Below are positions 40,901 through 54,830 of a DNA stretch of 64,000 nucleotides, in pieces; position 1 is the first letter of the stretch; every line of letters starts with the position of its first letter. The position numbers and the translations under genes were made by a program. The stretch lies in the NCBI RefSeq assembly GCF_009914755.1, contig NC_060928.1. The stretch is one strand, 5' to 3'. The notes beneath the pieces were generated by a model. It was given only the letters and a program-made list of their open reading frames with translations, did not search any database and was not told the DNA's origin. The DNA is from the human T2T-CHM13v2.0 reference genome, Homo sapiens.

Positions 40901-43664
40901 TGGTTTTTCTCATGTTCTGAATTGCCTCTGAATGACACATACAGGCTGAAACTCTCTATACATTTTATAGGTTGCTTCCAAATTGTTTTCTAATTTATCA
41001 TGAATATATGAATTTCCTCTCAAACAAGATTTAACATTCCAGAAGAGGAAGAACTGTGAATTGTACCATTTTAAATGTGTGAATTCTACCATTGAATTTA
41101 AAAATAACTATTCCTAGTTTCTGGGATGTTTCCCCAATTCAGTTATTTCTAATCCCTGTGTGAGTATCAGAGGAACTAGGTCTTTAATGGCATAATCAGA
41201 TCCCATGTCAAATAAATGACATAAGAGTGTCATTAATATAATTCCGTATTCCCAGAGATGTTCTGGAAGGTTTATATGTATTCTCATTTATTATAAATAC
41301 ATTGAAGCATGCTTAAATGAAAAAGACTGAATAAAAATGAATTTAAATGACAAAAACGGTGTTCCATAAATGTAAGAATTAATGTCTACATTCTCATGTA
41401 ACTCCAGGCAAAAATACAGAACAAGTGGGGTTCCACTCATGAACCCACACTCCGAACTTGTTTTGCATTATTCTGCCCACTAAAATTATAAACCTATGGA
41501 ATAGACCTGAATGTTAATTTTTATTATAATGTTAACATTATGATAATATAGCTAATAAATTATAGTCATCTAAGACACATTTCAAAAATATACAGGCAGG
41601 CATCTCTACTTCCACTTTCCCCTGCCCCCCCCCCACCCCCACCATTCCTCTTAGGATGCATCCAGTATTTTGTGGTTTCCAAATTAGGCATCAATAAATG
41701 CAAAGATTTTTACTTCTGCAATATCATCTGTGTAATGTAAAATTCATTGACATTTATATTTGTGCTTTTATGAAACTACTAATCCCAAATGAAATGTTCT
41801 CGTGAATATGCAAGGAAAATGCTTTTGTTAGTATTTGGTCCTGTTTCTACATTTGATTTGTATTTGGTTTTTAAATGATTAATCAGAATAGGAGAGCACA
41901 GCTTTAGGTTAAAATGTTTTAGCAACACAAGACAGTCCCACACTATACAGAGCCATCCCGATATTTTACCAAAGCCTTTGAAATAATTTGTAATTTTTTC
42001 TATCCATTTAAAATATGTATATTTTAGAGAACTATACACTTAGCAAAGCATTTTTATTGCTCATAAAACTACCAATAAACAAACATCAAACATAAGATGT
42101 TGTGTTTTATATGTAGGAGGGAAAAAACAGGCTTGGATAATCCTGTCTACATTTTTGAGAAGTTGAAAAAAAAAAATGAGTTCTAGCAGGTAAGAAGAAA
42201 ACACAGTTTTAAACCTAAACACCTGCAAAGAGAATGTCACCAGCTATGAGGTTCTCATGTTTTTGGATAAGGAGCTGGTCTTAATTAATAGGATATGAGG
42301 CAATGATGATGTTACTAATTTCGGAGTTCCTAATGAAACAGTAACACTACCCTTTAACTTAAGCCTACATTCTGATCATCATTAGCAGTAATGATGTCAT
42401 GAGTAATGGCACTGTCTACCGTAATTACATGAGGGCTAGCGAGAAAAGTAAGAGCATGAAGGTAGCTCTAATTCTCTCAGAAGCTTGTGCCGTGGAGACC
42501 TACCTGTACTGCTCGGACTTCACACACAGATATTCTCATTTACAGGCCTGGCGTGACTGGCTTCACCAAAATAGTTCTCTATTATTTGTTGGCAGCTGAT
42601 AAACCCATCAAAAGGTAACCAATAAGTAAGAACTTATTTGAAGAGTGACATTATCTTACTACTGTCAGGGAGTATGAGCAAAACAGCCATCGGTTTATCG
42701 TATTTATAAAGAGAAGAAGTGATTGGAAGTCGAACTTTTTCTTTTTTTAAGGTCAGAATCCTTAATCCAAAGCTGCAGAAGATTTGATGTCTTGTAAATG
42801 GTCAGTTTTATCTGAGATCTGGTGTTAGGGGCTTTGCCAAGTCAACGGTCTCCAAGTCAGTGGCAGAAAAAAAAAAAACGGGGAAATTAGAACTTTCTCC
42901 AGCTTACGATAGAATGATATGTAAGAATTCACGGATGCCACAGAGTTAGGTGTCTGAGCATGATTTGCATCCAGTTATGGACGTCACTGGTTGTAATGCA
43001 TGCATATTTATGCACACAGTGTGCAAACGGGGCTGATGTTTATAAACATGAAAAATATTAGAAAATTCATTAATTAGGGTCATTTGTACAATTCCGTTGT
43101 CAACTTTAATCACTTCTTTCAATTGATGTCTCCTTTAGAAAGTCAATCCGCCATAGTTATTTATTTATTCAGCAAGAATATTGTGTAGGCCTATCTTCTG
43201 CTTGACCTATAATGTTATTTCTAATAACATTCATTCATTTCATTCTAATAAGCAGGAAGTTAGGTTTAACACATTAACATACGCTGTTAAATTAATAAAT
43301 ACGTATTAACTGTTGGATTTCATTCCCTGTCAGTGGAAATAATGTGTTTGTATTGTGTAAGTATGTGTCTGTTGACTATTTTTTATCTTTTAGTGAGGGC
43401 CTAAACAAAATTAGTATTTTCGCAAATTTAAACATCTGTAAAGGCTTAGGTCGTTCCATGAGGCAAACAATAAGTTTCTTTCTGAATCAAACTACGTAAG
43501 ATAACCTAATTAACTTATCATTAGCTATTCCAGTAATAAACATTATCTCAGCACACACAGTTACACAGCGGTTCTAAGCACCCTCATTCAGTACACACTC
43601 GCGCTCCCAGTCCCCCAATTTTTCCATCTTTCCATCTTTTCTGTGCAACTTTCTATCTGGCTGA

Positions 43665-43970
43665 TTTTTTTTTTTTTTTTTTTTTTTTGAGACAGGATCT
43701 TGCTCTGTTGCCCAGGCTGGAGGGCAGTGGTGCAGTCATAGCTCACTGCAGTCTTGAACTCCTAGGCTCAAGCAATCCTCCCTTACCAGCCTCCTGGGTA
43801 GCTGGGACTACAGGCATGTCACCACAACATCCAGCTAATTTTTAAATTTTTTATAGAGACAAGGTCTCACTGTGTTGCCAGAGTGGTCTCAAACTCCTGG
43901 CCTCAGGTGATCCTCCTGCCTTAGCCTCCCAAAGTGCTGGGATTACAGTTGTGAGCCACTGTACCCAGCC
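43665..43970 (-). mobile_element. AluJ
   Basis: AluJ-type text (catagctcactgcagtcttgaactcctaggctcaagcaatcctc) after poly-T. Confidence 0.92.
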
Positions 43971-44399
43971 TGATTGTATTCTCTATATAAACCTTTCCCC
44001 TCCACCATGCCCGCCTCAAAGTTTATTTTAATTGTGTCTCCATTGGCAAAAGTCTGTTATATACCCAAGCTTCCTTTGACTGTTTAAAGGTAGTTGATTT
44101 TCTTCATAGAACAGACTGACTTCCTGACATTCCCCCTGCTAATTGCTTTCTCTACTGTTATTCCTACTGTGTCTAAAATGTAAGCACTCTGTTTAAAGAG
44201 CATAGCCTTTAATAGGCTTTCCTCCCCACTCCACTTACTGTCAAGTTCTGAATCAAGGGAAAGTGGGTATCCATGGAAGAGAGCAGGCCTTGGGCTTCGG
44301 GACAGTGGGTGAGTGATTTGTTGGGAAGTGAATGAGTAAATAGTCTTATTCCCCCAATCTAAAAGCTAGAGAATTTGTTCAAGATTTTTTTTTCGTTTC

Positions 44400-44525
44400 T
44401 ATAAAACTGACCTTAAGTAAGTCAATTAATCCTTCTAGACTTCCATTCTGTTGCCTATGAAATGAAAGTGTTGAATAAGCTCATCATGATGATCCCTTTT
44501 AAAATTAAACTTTGTGATTCTGAGA
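44400..44525 (+). mobile_element. MIR3-like fragment
   Basis: gaccttaagtaagtcaattaatcc...tgaaatgaaagtgttgaa...tgtgattct. Confidence 0.45.
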
Positions 44526-47500
44526 TACCATACAAAGGATTTTTAAAAGAACTGAAAAGTCTTACTGAAGTTAAGAACAATGTTCTCAAAGACATCCTGG
44601 TATTTTGTAATTAAAATTTAGCGTTTGCTCTTCATCCTGAAAGGTGACAGCACCAGCTTTCCCCAGATGCATCTCAAAGCCAGGTGGGAAAATAATAAGT
44701 GTGAACCATCTGAAGCCATGGTACACTCTAAATGCACACACATGAGAAATGAGGATTCTCACAAAAAACGGAGGCATGCATTGACCACTGGGGTGTATTT
44801 GATGAGAGTGGAAGACCAGGGCTCCCTTCTCTTCGTTGCTACAGCAGTGGGCTTAGGTGTTCCGAAGGAATGCTGTCTCTCAGTAGACACCAGCTTACCA
44901 GGCCCTCGGCCAGCCTCTGCCCAGATGCTCCAGCTGTTCCTCCTCCACATAGCTGGGCTCTGATTAATTCCAGGAGGCCTTGCCTGGTAGAAAGAATCTG
45001 CAGCATCACAGACCTCTTACAGGATGAGGGCTCAATTTAAACCCCAAGATATGTCTCCACACTGCGGGAGACCTTCTTCCTGGAAGTCATCTTTCAGAAA
45101 CTGAAATTCTATTACCCACCTTGTGCAGCCTTTGTTGTCCATCCTAGCCCTGAAAAAGAACTCCTGCTTTTCACCCTGACATTCCCTTCCTGAAAAGGCT
45201 CGATTCCTCCATAGGGATTCACCCTAGCCCAATTGTTCCTTCTTCCCTTCAGCCTGCCAGCTCCAAAGCTGGCTATTTTTCACTAGTTCTGCCCCCAGGT
45301 CTGCAGCCTAGCAGTTCAAACAAATTATTCAGCACATAAATTCAGCATTTCAAACAAATTATTTTGGCACAAATGAAGGGGTTAGTGGAATGGGTCTTAT
45401 TGGCATCTTCCAATATTCAGCCCATTTTTTATCCCTACCTCATTGATTTCAGCTTTGACGCAGATATAAAGACATACTAAAGAGCATGAAATGTGTTATT
45501 AGTCAAAAGAAGAGCTCCTCCATCATTCTTGGCTAAGTGTATCCAGGAATACATTTACAAGTGACTATCCAATTAGACTCTTCTCAACTAATTTCATACT
45601 AACTAAAAGGTAGAACATTGTTCCATTTTTAAACTTGGCATTCTTATGATACTGACTTTAAGTTAAAATTTAGAAGAACCTTGTTGTTCTTACAGCTTTG
45701 CAAGAACAAGATTCATAGCGTTGATCAAAGATTTTGATACAAAAAGCTTATCATCTACATCTAAATCTGAAAGTTAGAGATCACTGGAAATACTGAGCTT
45801 TATCTTCTTCAATTTCAAGTGTTTGAGGAAACACTGTTGGGCAAGGACAGTTTTTATGCTGGCCAGTGATAGTGACACACTTGTGTAAACAATGTATTTA
45901 TTAACTGTATTAATGTTGGCATCTTCTAATGCCTTCAGCATTATCTGATCAATAAATTTATTCATTCTTTCTTCCCCTTCTTTTCTTTTCTTATTTTAAA
46001 CTTATATGGTTATGCTTCCATCAGAAATGGGCTTAAAAGACTTGCTCTGCCCTTATTCACTCATTAAATATCAAAATCCTCACCAAAACTGCCATCGCAT
46101 TAGAGCAATATCAGAGCCATATGACTCACCAACAATTCTATTTCTCTATTTCTCTAACAACTGCAGTCAATGACGTAGGCACCATTAGAAATTCTTTCTT
46201 CCTCTGCTGTAGGCTGATAAGATCAAGTCAAGCAGCTTTATTCACTTCATGCAATCCAACTTCATTGAAAAGAGAAAATGGAAAAGGATCAGTTCATACT
46301 AAAAATACTTTAGTGGTACTTCATTGCTTGTTTTTAAATATAATCTTTGAAAAAAACAGTAGTAGGTGAGTCAACACATCTGCAGCTACACACACACACA
46401 CAGACACACACCCTTGTGATATTTCTGTCAACAGATAATAAAATAGTTACCCAATTCCAGTGTTTTATTCTAGGTGTTTTTACTGTTTTGTTCTACATTT
46501 TTACTCGTCTCTTCTATATTTATATCTAAAGCCTGTTCCTGGTTTATATTTTCCATTGATTAAATTTCCTCTGATTATTAACATAAAGGAAAGGAAAGTG
46601 AAGGTGGTCTAAGACCCATCAACTTTGCTTATTCACATTTTCATGATCAGTAAAATATTCTCTGGTCCCACTGAAATGTATACTGCTATATGTTCTAATC
46701 AGCAAACTTGAACTCCCCCCAACTCATTAAGCTTCCTGGCATTCATCTTTCTGAATTAAGATGTTTGAAGGTTTTCATATAACCCATTACTCTATCAGAC
46801 CAGACCCCTTTCTACATTTCTGTTGGGAAAATATTCTTTGTGGTAAATACCTCCTTTAATATTTTTCATCTGTCATGTGTATGTGATTCCAAGGGCCCAA
46901 ACTTTCTGCTTGTAATAATATTTCAAAATTTTTACCATTAAATGCATTTCATTCACTATTTTTCAAAGTAAGTGGTGTTTTGAAGATATTGCAATTACAT
47001 CTTTTATTTCGTTTTTTACTGATTCTAAAAAAGAACATTCTGCTGAAATGATGAAGCAGTTGCTAAATTATAAGGTAGTCTTTAATGTATTATTTAACTT
47101 TTATTATTTAACAATTTGTAAAACAAAAGCAACAATTTTACATTACCATATTATTCATTGTAATAGAGATTTTTGTTTTCTACATTCTAAAATATTTATA
47201 GTGAATATTTTCAAAGATTTAATCTAAATACCAATAATTTGGGCTAATGTTTTTTTTCCAGAGAAAAGAAGTAAAAACCATGTGATTTTTTATGTCACTT
47301 TTAATACTGTCTCTCTTCTTCTTTTAACAGTTTTTGAATATTTTGAACTGAAAGTACTAGATTAATTAGAAGACTAGTTCTAGGTCCACATGTTATCTCA
47401 GAAGTTAAAAGTAAAAAATCTTGAGGTATATATTGTCTTTTTATCCTTAAGACTTAGGTAACAGAATTTAATTTTGTTTTTATTTGCTTATAAATTTAAA

Positions 47501-47605
47501 AATTAAAGAGTATTTAAGAACTACAAGAACTAGAGAAACGTAGAAAGAAAAATACTTGATACGGTATTTACAAAAAAGTGAAAGAAAACCAACAACAATT
47601 TTTAA

Positions 47606-47971
<366 letters not shown>

Positions 47972-50309
47972 TATGTTTTTTGTATAGGATCCTAACAGTA
48001 TTTTTATCAACTACCCTGAATATTTTATTCTTGAAGTAAACCTAATTTTTTCCCACTGACCTTTTTTCTTGATTTTTAAAAATTTTAGGACAAATTTTTT
48101 AACCTTTCATTTTATATTGGTTGTAGTATTTATTGCTGTAATTAATTTAGCAGAGAGATGTTCTCACACACTCATAAATTCATGAAAATAACAACTTCTA
48201 TGCTGAAATTTTTCACACTTCATCACAGCCCAAATATGAGTTTATCTTCAAAATTTGAGGAAGATCTTAAATCTTCATTGATTTATGAGAACATTTTAAA
48301 GGCATCCTGATTGCCAATGCCAAAAATATTTTGGCTTCTTGATTAATTTAGATTCAAAAATAGCTTAACTTACTCTTCAAATTTAGTGGAAAAACTTTCC
48401 ATTAAGAGTTTTAATTAAGTAAAAATATGTCATCTTTAATCACTTTACCTGATTATCATCATTCAAAAGTTCACAAAAACTTAAAGGAAAGTAAATAAAT
48501 TTTGGCTCAAGATGTATTAAAATAATATTAGTTGAAAATCAGTATATTCTTTCACATATCATATATAAATATGGTCCAATACCAAACATTCAGCAGTTCC
48601 AATACGTATATTTGTTGTTTGTTTCCCATTTAAGATATACCTATATATAGCTCCAGTTCACAACAGACATACCTAGAGATTTAGAATTTCAGTCTTGACT
48701 TGAAACTGACCCTCTTGCAATATACTCTTGAAGTCTCCAAGCCCCTTGAGTCCTCTTTTTCCTTCAGTGCAATTCAATAAATTCAATTCCACAAGCATTA
48801 ATTGGGCCTCTGCTCTGTGTAAAGCACTCAGTGTGAAGTGCAACAAAGAATAGGCTTCCGTCTTTCTCCTCCGTGATTTCACCACAGGAGAGACCTGCTC
48901 CCTTCCTTTCCCCCGGAGCACAAGAGCTGCCAGTAGTATCGTTGAGAACAGAATTATAACATCTGGATATTGCTAGATTCTTTATTCTCTCTCAAGTGGC
49001 AAATCAGTTCAATGAGAGGCATCTATTTCTGCCTGAGTTTTTGTGCACCTGCCCACATGTGCACACACTCTCATTTCCGTCATTTTCTCCAAGGCAGGTA
49101 GACTTCCGTATTTTTAACTTTCTTTCAGATTGGAGCCCAATTTTTAGTACAGAGAGGAAACCAATGATGCTGACTTGCAGCAAACCTTCTCAATGATCAA
49201 GGGACAGGAAGAATTTGACACTAAGCTTCCTCCCAAAAATCATAGCCCTTCTATAACTAAGAAACTTCTAATGGTGTGAGGTGCCCCAAGTATATTCTAC
49301 CTCTGTACCAAAAAAAATATATGAGCCTGTCTGTCATGATGAATCAAAATTACTGGATGGAATCACATGGCCAAAGTCACCTGGTGATGTCACTCATGGA
49401 GTGACCATATCCACTACTCACGCCACCCTAGTAAGGATCTTGAAATAAATTTTACAATTCCTCTGCCACAAGGGAAAAACCCAACCAAAACCAAGCCTCT
49501 AGCCTGTCCTATGGGGCTACCCAGAATGGGATCCACCTTTGAGGCTAAATTCAATATCTGATCTCCCAAACGAAAGGAAAAGGCATCAGTGTTGGCCAAA
49601 ACAGTTGTTTAGATGAGCCTCTGATCCTGCCTACAAGAATTATTTTAGAGATTTCCAATGGAAATTACTCAATATGTCGTGAGAGTCTATGAGCTTTATG
49701 ATCTTTCTTCCATGGCATGTGCTCTATAATATTTGCAGATATTTACTGAAAATACTCACAGCTGAAAGCCCCTAACACACCCCTCACATCAGCACACACA
49801 TTTCCACTTTCTTTCCAGCTGCCCGCTAAATTTAAAATCACAGAATTTCACCACAATGTTTTCCCACTTTTGGATCTTGTTTAGTGTAAAGTTACGGATT
49901 AAAATATAAAATACCAGCAAAAATACCGGGTATGTCAGAGTCTTCAAATTATTATTATAAAGTAAAGTTTTATGTTTTTATCAAGTTTTCACATCCTTCA
50001 TTCCCCCCCACCCAAAAAAACTGCAAAAGGATTATTTAGCAAGTTCTTTTTCCCCTCTTCTGTAATGGGAATTTTCACTCATATGACTTAGATAATATGT
50101 AACAAAGAAGCACATTACAGGACTGGATAGTGTTAATCGAATTAGAGCCATATGATACCAGACAGAAACGTATGGCTTTGCATAAAAATCTGGGAGTCCA
50201 TATGTTCTCAATAAAGAGGTAAATGCGTGTGCATGTGAGCATACACACACACACACACACACTTATATACAATTTGGAGATAGGTATATTTGTATATCTT
50301 AAAAGAGCC

Positions 50310-50933
50310 AAAAAAAAAAAAAACCCTATTAAAAGAGCAGAAAATTTGTTTAAGTTCCTTGTATATTCTGGATATTAGACCTTTATCAGATGGGTAGATT
50401 GCAAAAATGTTCTCCCATTCCGTAGGTTGCTTGTTCACTCTGATGATAGTTTCTTTTGCTGTGCAGAAGCTCTTCAGTTTAATTAGATCCCATTTGTCAA
50501 TTTTGGCTTTTGTTGTAATTGCTTTTGGTGTTTTAGTCAGGAAGTCTTTGCCCCAAAAGATTGTAGATCATTCTACTATAAAGACACATGCACGCGTATG
50601 TTTATTGCAGCACTGTTTGAGATAGCAAAGACTTGGAACCAACCCAAATGCCCATCAATGATAGACTGGATAAAGAAAATGTGGCACATATACACCATGG
50701 AATACTATGCAGCCATGAAAAAGAATGAATTCATGTCCTTTGCAGGGACATGGATGAAGCTGGAAGCCATCATACTCAGCAAACTAACACAGGAACAGAA
50801 AATCAAACACCACATATTCTCACTCATAAGTAGAAGTTGAACAATGAGAGCACAGGGAGGGGAACATTACATACCAGGGCCTGTCAGGGGGTGGGGGGCA
50901 AGGTGAGGGAGAGCATTAAGATAAATACCTAAT
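50310..50933. mobile_element. Rearranged L1PA insertion: inverted ORF2 segment (about 50343-50553, minus) joined to sense ORF2 C-terminus and partial 3'UTR (about 50551-50933)
   Basis: Minus [35 protein letters not shown] and plus ORF MFIAALF..KTWNQPKCPS..WIKKMW..EYYAA..SLISRS are L1 ORF2p segments. Confidence 0.9.
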
Positions 50934-51689
50934 GGGTGTTATCCAGACACACATACATTTAGATATTCAAAGCATGTGCTCTTGGAGAACAGGAAGTTTT
51001 TTTCACATGATACTGAGTGATGAGGTGAAGATTAACTGAAAGTAGCATTCGTTGTAGAATATTTAAGTACGTTGTGTTTTACAATCGGTATTGATTTCAG
51101 CATCATCTGTATGAATATAACTTTTCAATTTTAAGTTTGGGGAAAAATGCTTCTATTCTTTCACAGTTTGATTGCTTTATCCATGAGTGGTTTCCTACTG
51201 AGGAAAACAGAAAGCCTTAATTTACTCAGCAAATAGTCACTGGATGCCCCACCTAGTACGAGGGATCCTATTCACCACACTCTCTTAAGGAAGCATCTAT
51301 ATTGCTTTAAGATCTACTTAATTTCTGATTTAAAAAAAAAACTCAACTTCTGAATTAGTTTTTTATATGTGTATATATATTTGCTATGATTGTTCAACTC
51401 TTCCACCAATTTGGAGAAAAAAACAACCTTGGAGGAAAGAACATTTACCTTCTCACTCTACAGTTGAACAGTGTCTAGAATTATATTATGCATACAGAAA
51501 GTGCTCTGTAAGAGTCTGCATTTCTAAGAAACCAGTTCAACAGCTGATGCCTTTGACTGTTCCTGTCCCCTCCTTTTCTTGGCTAGAGATAGGAGTGACT
51601 GGTAACAATTCCAGCTTCATTAGGCGATACTCACCTCTGGCCCAGCCTGTCATCTCTCCAACGGAACACATCATCCCTAATCAACTCAA

Positions 51690-51790
51690 ACCAATTACTG
51701 TGTGACTTTGGGTAATTAACCTCCCTGTGTCTCAGTCTCAACTTCTGTAAAGTGCAGGACTTGCAAAATATTGCTGCGAAGGTCCTTCCA
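51690..51790 (+). mobile_element. MIR core
   Basis: ctgtgtgactttgggtaattaacctccctgtgtctcagtctcaacttctgtaaagtg. Confidence 0.7.
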
Positions 51791-52486
51791 TACCTAAAAC
51801 ACCTTTGGTCTAAAAATACATCACCTTGGGAAGCAAGCTTCCTTCCTTGCAAGTCAAGATTTGAATGCAACCTGGGGCCCTGAGGAGGGCCCCTCCTGGT
51901 TCTACCCCTACTGTGCTGGCTACACCTTCTCATCTGACTGATGCATCCTCATTCTGGGCCTGATCACTAAGTGTGTGACCCAGGGCTCAATCCTCCTGCC
52001 TCTTCTTTTTCATTCTGCACTCGAGTCTTGGATGAGTTCAATTCCATGGCTTTAGATGTTGTCTCTATAAAACAATGATTTCCATGTATATCTCTAGCCC
52101 CACCCTCTCCCTTGAACTCCAGATGTGTATCTAACTGTCCATTCAACATCTCCTCTTGGATGTTCTTTGGGCATCTAAAACTTAAGTTGAAAACTGAGCT
52201 CTTGATATCCACTTCCATATTTACTGCAAAAACTTGATACTCTTCAGTATCAAGATCTCTTCTGAAGCCTGCAGCCCCAGAGCATCCCCACGATCTGACT
52301 GTTTCACATCCTCCACTGCCACCACCTTTGGATGCAAGCCACTATCAGTCCTCACATGATCTACGGAGGATCTAACACCCCCCTGACTCTCTCGTGCTTC
52401 TTCTCTTTCTTCCCCAGAGCCTATGACCCACCTAGCAGCCTTTTAGAACCAAGCAGATCATGTAACTTACAAGATTAAAATATTCT

Positions 52487-52636
52487 AAGGATAAACACTT
52501 GAGGTGGTAGATGCCCCAATCACTCTGATTTGATCATTATCCACTGTATGCCTGTATCAAAACATCACATGTACCCGATAATTATATAAAACTAGTATAT
52601 GCCCATACTAATTAAAAATTTAAAAATTCAAAAAAC
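52487..52636 (+). mobile_element. L1MA-type 3' end
   Basis: aaggataaacacttgaggtggtagatgcccc...gcctgtatcaaaacatcacatgtaccc...aattaaaaatt; flanks attctaagga and attccaagga. Confidence 0.8.
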
Positions 52637-52884
52637 GATTCCAAGGATTTCTGATCACAATTAAAATCTAGGTGTTTATGTATGGCCTATAAGGCCTAAA
52701 GGGATGTGACCCCTGGAAAACTCTCAAGTCTCTGTCACTCATTCACTGACCTCTTTGTCACTGTTCACAACACTCTGTCCTCGCTGCCAGCCATGTCCCT
52801 CCCTCAAATGCTCCATGATTCTCTCTCACTGCATCCAGGTCCCTGCTGGAGAACCGTCTCTTTGTTCCAAGCTGTATAAAATAG

Positions 52885-53265
52885 TGATATGGTTTGGCTT
52901 TGTGTCCCCACCCAAATCTCATCTTATAGCTCCCATAATTCCCATGATGTGGGAGGGACCACGTGGGAGATGATTGAATCATGGAGGGGGTGGGTCTTTT
53001 CCCATGCTGTTCTCATGATAGCGAATGGGTCTCACGAACTCTGATAGTTTTGAAAATGGGAGTTTCCCTGCACAAGCTCTCTTTGCCTGCTGCCATCCAT
53101 GTAAGATGTGACTTGCTCCTCCCTTACCTTCTGCCTTGATTGTGAGGCCTCCCCAGCCACATGGAACTGTAAGTCAAATAAGTCAAAAAAGTCAAAAAGG
53201 TTTCTTTTGTAAATTGCCCGGTCTCAGATATGTCTTTATCAACAGTGTGAAAACGGACTAATACA
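52885..53265 (+). mobile_element. THE1B-like MaLR solo LTR
   Basis: tgatatggtttggct...gagtttccctgcacaagctctc...gaggcctccccagccac...aaaacggactaataca; TSD (a/g)atag. Confidence 0.92.
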
Positions 53266-53657
53266 GATAGTACATGCTCCTGTGTTTTCCCTATTCTTCT
53301 GTCTTGCCTTATTTTTTACAGCACATATTGTTCCTGGCATAATTATATATATTTAAGTATGTATTTCTTATCTCCTTCACTTACTGGTGGTAAGCCTTCA
53401 TAAGAGCAGATGTGCTTTGTTTACAACATAGATACCAAGTATCTACAACAGTGCCAGACACATAGTAGGTATCTAACAAATATGTATTAGATCATGACTC
53501 ATAGCCTTGATTCATGAGTTCCAGCTGCTGGGCAAATCTAACCTGTGCTGCTGAGGTGATCCCATGGAAGAGCTCAGTTCTGAAGGATTTCCTAACATCA
53601 CACATGATAAGGATAGTAACAAAACGTGCCCACTATGTTGCAGATAATGAGCTGAGC

Positions 53658-54600
53658 TTTTTTTTTTTTTTTTCTGGCTTTTTTGAAGATGTTTTCTTTT
53701 ACATGAACTACTATGAAAGAAAAAAATTAGATAGCAAATAGAAATGTTTAATATGTTTTGATGTTTACATATGGTACACTATTTATCTATTTATTCATTT
53801 ATTCATTCATTCTGTCACCCAGGCTGGAGTGCAGTGGCACAACCACGGCTCACCTTAAAAGCCTGGTATGCTTCCTAATTCTCTTGATTAGTTAGCATTG
53901 ACAAGTCAACTTGAAATGGCTAGAGAGAGTCTACCAGGTCATCATCAGTCTATTCTTCCTCCTCATGTCTGGATTTCTTTGAGATATCATCATTATCTTC
54001 ACAGCCTTTCCTCTTCTTCATAATTACATTAAGTGCAAGCTCAGCAGAATGACATTGCTCCAACTTCGGTTTCAGAACAGCAGCTTCTTCAGATCTGGGT
54101 GGTACATACTTTTTTACTCAATTTCTCATGCTTTTCATTATATCTCGTAACAGTGACAAGCAAGTTCTGTTCTCTCTCAACATCAGACTGTCCAATAAAT
54201 AACTTTCCGTAGTAATTCCAGTCCTGAAGGCACTGGATAAAATGGCAGGCAGGGCAATTTGGGAAGGTGTGTATAAACAGTAAGCAGCCATCAATGTGAT
54301 TCTATTAAGAAGTTCATCATCTGTTTTCCTCAAAATGTCTGGATTCTCCAGCATTGCATAGTAAGTCTTTAAATCAGTGAGGAAGCACTCCAGTGGTCTA
54401 TAGGGGTTGTGGACAGTCAGATGGAAATTTACATTGCTGTATAAAAGGTAGTTCGTATTCCAAACTCTGTTCAAGTGTCTCCTCCTGTACGAGAGAACTC
54501 TCCCGAAGGTTTCCAACAAACTGGGGACTAGATACATTCAGTTTATCTACTTTGTAGGCCAAAAATGCACATGTGAGCATTATTATCCAGGAGTGATAGT
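53658..54600 (-). pseudogene. CCNHP1: Processed, 5'-truncated cyclin H (CCNH) pseudogene with 3'UTR and poly(A)
   Basis: Minus-strand peptides [25 protein letters not shown].., [46 protein letters not shown], ..[30 protein letters not shown] match cyclin H. No introns; frameshift near 54430; premature stops at 54118-54120 and near 53950; stop at 53920-53922; poly(A) seen as the T-run at 53658-53673. The symbol is from memory. Confidence 0.93.
53781..53853 (-). mobile_element. Short Alu right-arm fragment with (ATTT/ATTC)n tail inside the CCNH retrocopy 3'UTR
   Basis: tctgtcacccaggctggagtgcagtggcacaaccacggctcac flanked on both sides by CCNH 3'UTR-like sequence. Confidence 0.8.
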
Positions 54601-54830
54601 TATTACTTATTTACCTTACTTAATCCTCAAGCGAAACTACCTCGGATTCTCCTTTTGAGATGAGAAACCAGAAGGATGGGCTTCACAGTTAAGAAGTAAG
54701 TGACGAATCACAGACTTTGTGCTCCTAAGTTTCTCGCTTTAACACAAAGCACAAACTCAAATGCCAATAGGGCCAAGCCATATTGAAAATGAGGGCTGCA
54801 GATTGGGAATCATCCAGTGGCCTTTCTTGC

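Larger units (their letters stand above)
51960..53490 (+). mobile_element. L2 LINE to its 3' end, interrupted by an L1MA 3' end and a THE1 LTR
   Basis: ctctcccttgaactccagatgtgtatctaactgtccattcaacatctcc...; acagtgccagacacatagtaggtatctaacaaatat. Confidence 0.75.

Noticed and set aside
50598-50840. 80-aa ORF with conserved-looking motifs
   Set aside because: L1 ORF2p C-terminus from a truncated insertion.
53118-53160. PRDM9 hotspot motif in THE1B
   Set aside because: The canonical site reads cctccccagccac, lacking the key T of CCTCCCTnnCCAC; the nearby cctcccttacctt misses the final C.
54118-54580. 139-aa and 60-aa cyclin H-like ORFs as a functional gene
   Set aside because: 5'-truncated, frameshifted, with premature stops, no introns and a genomic poly(A): a processed pseudogene.
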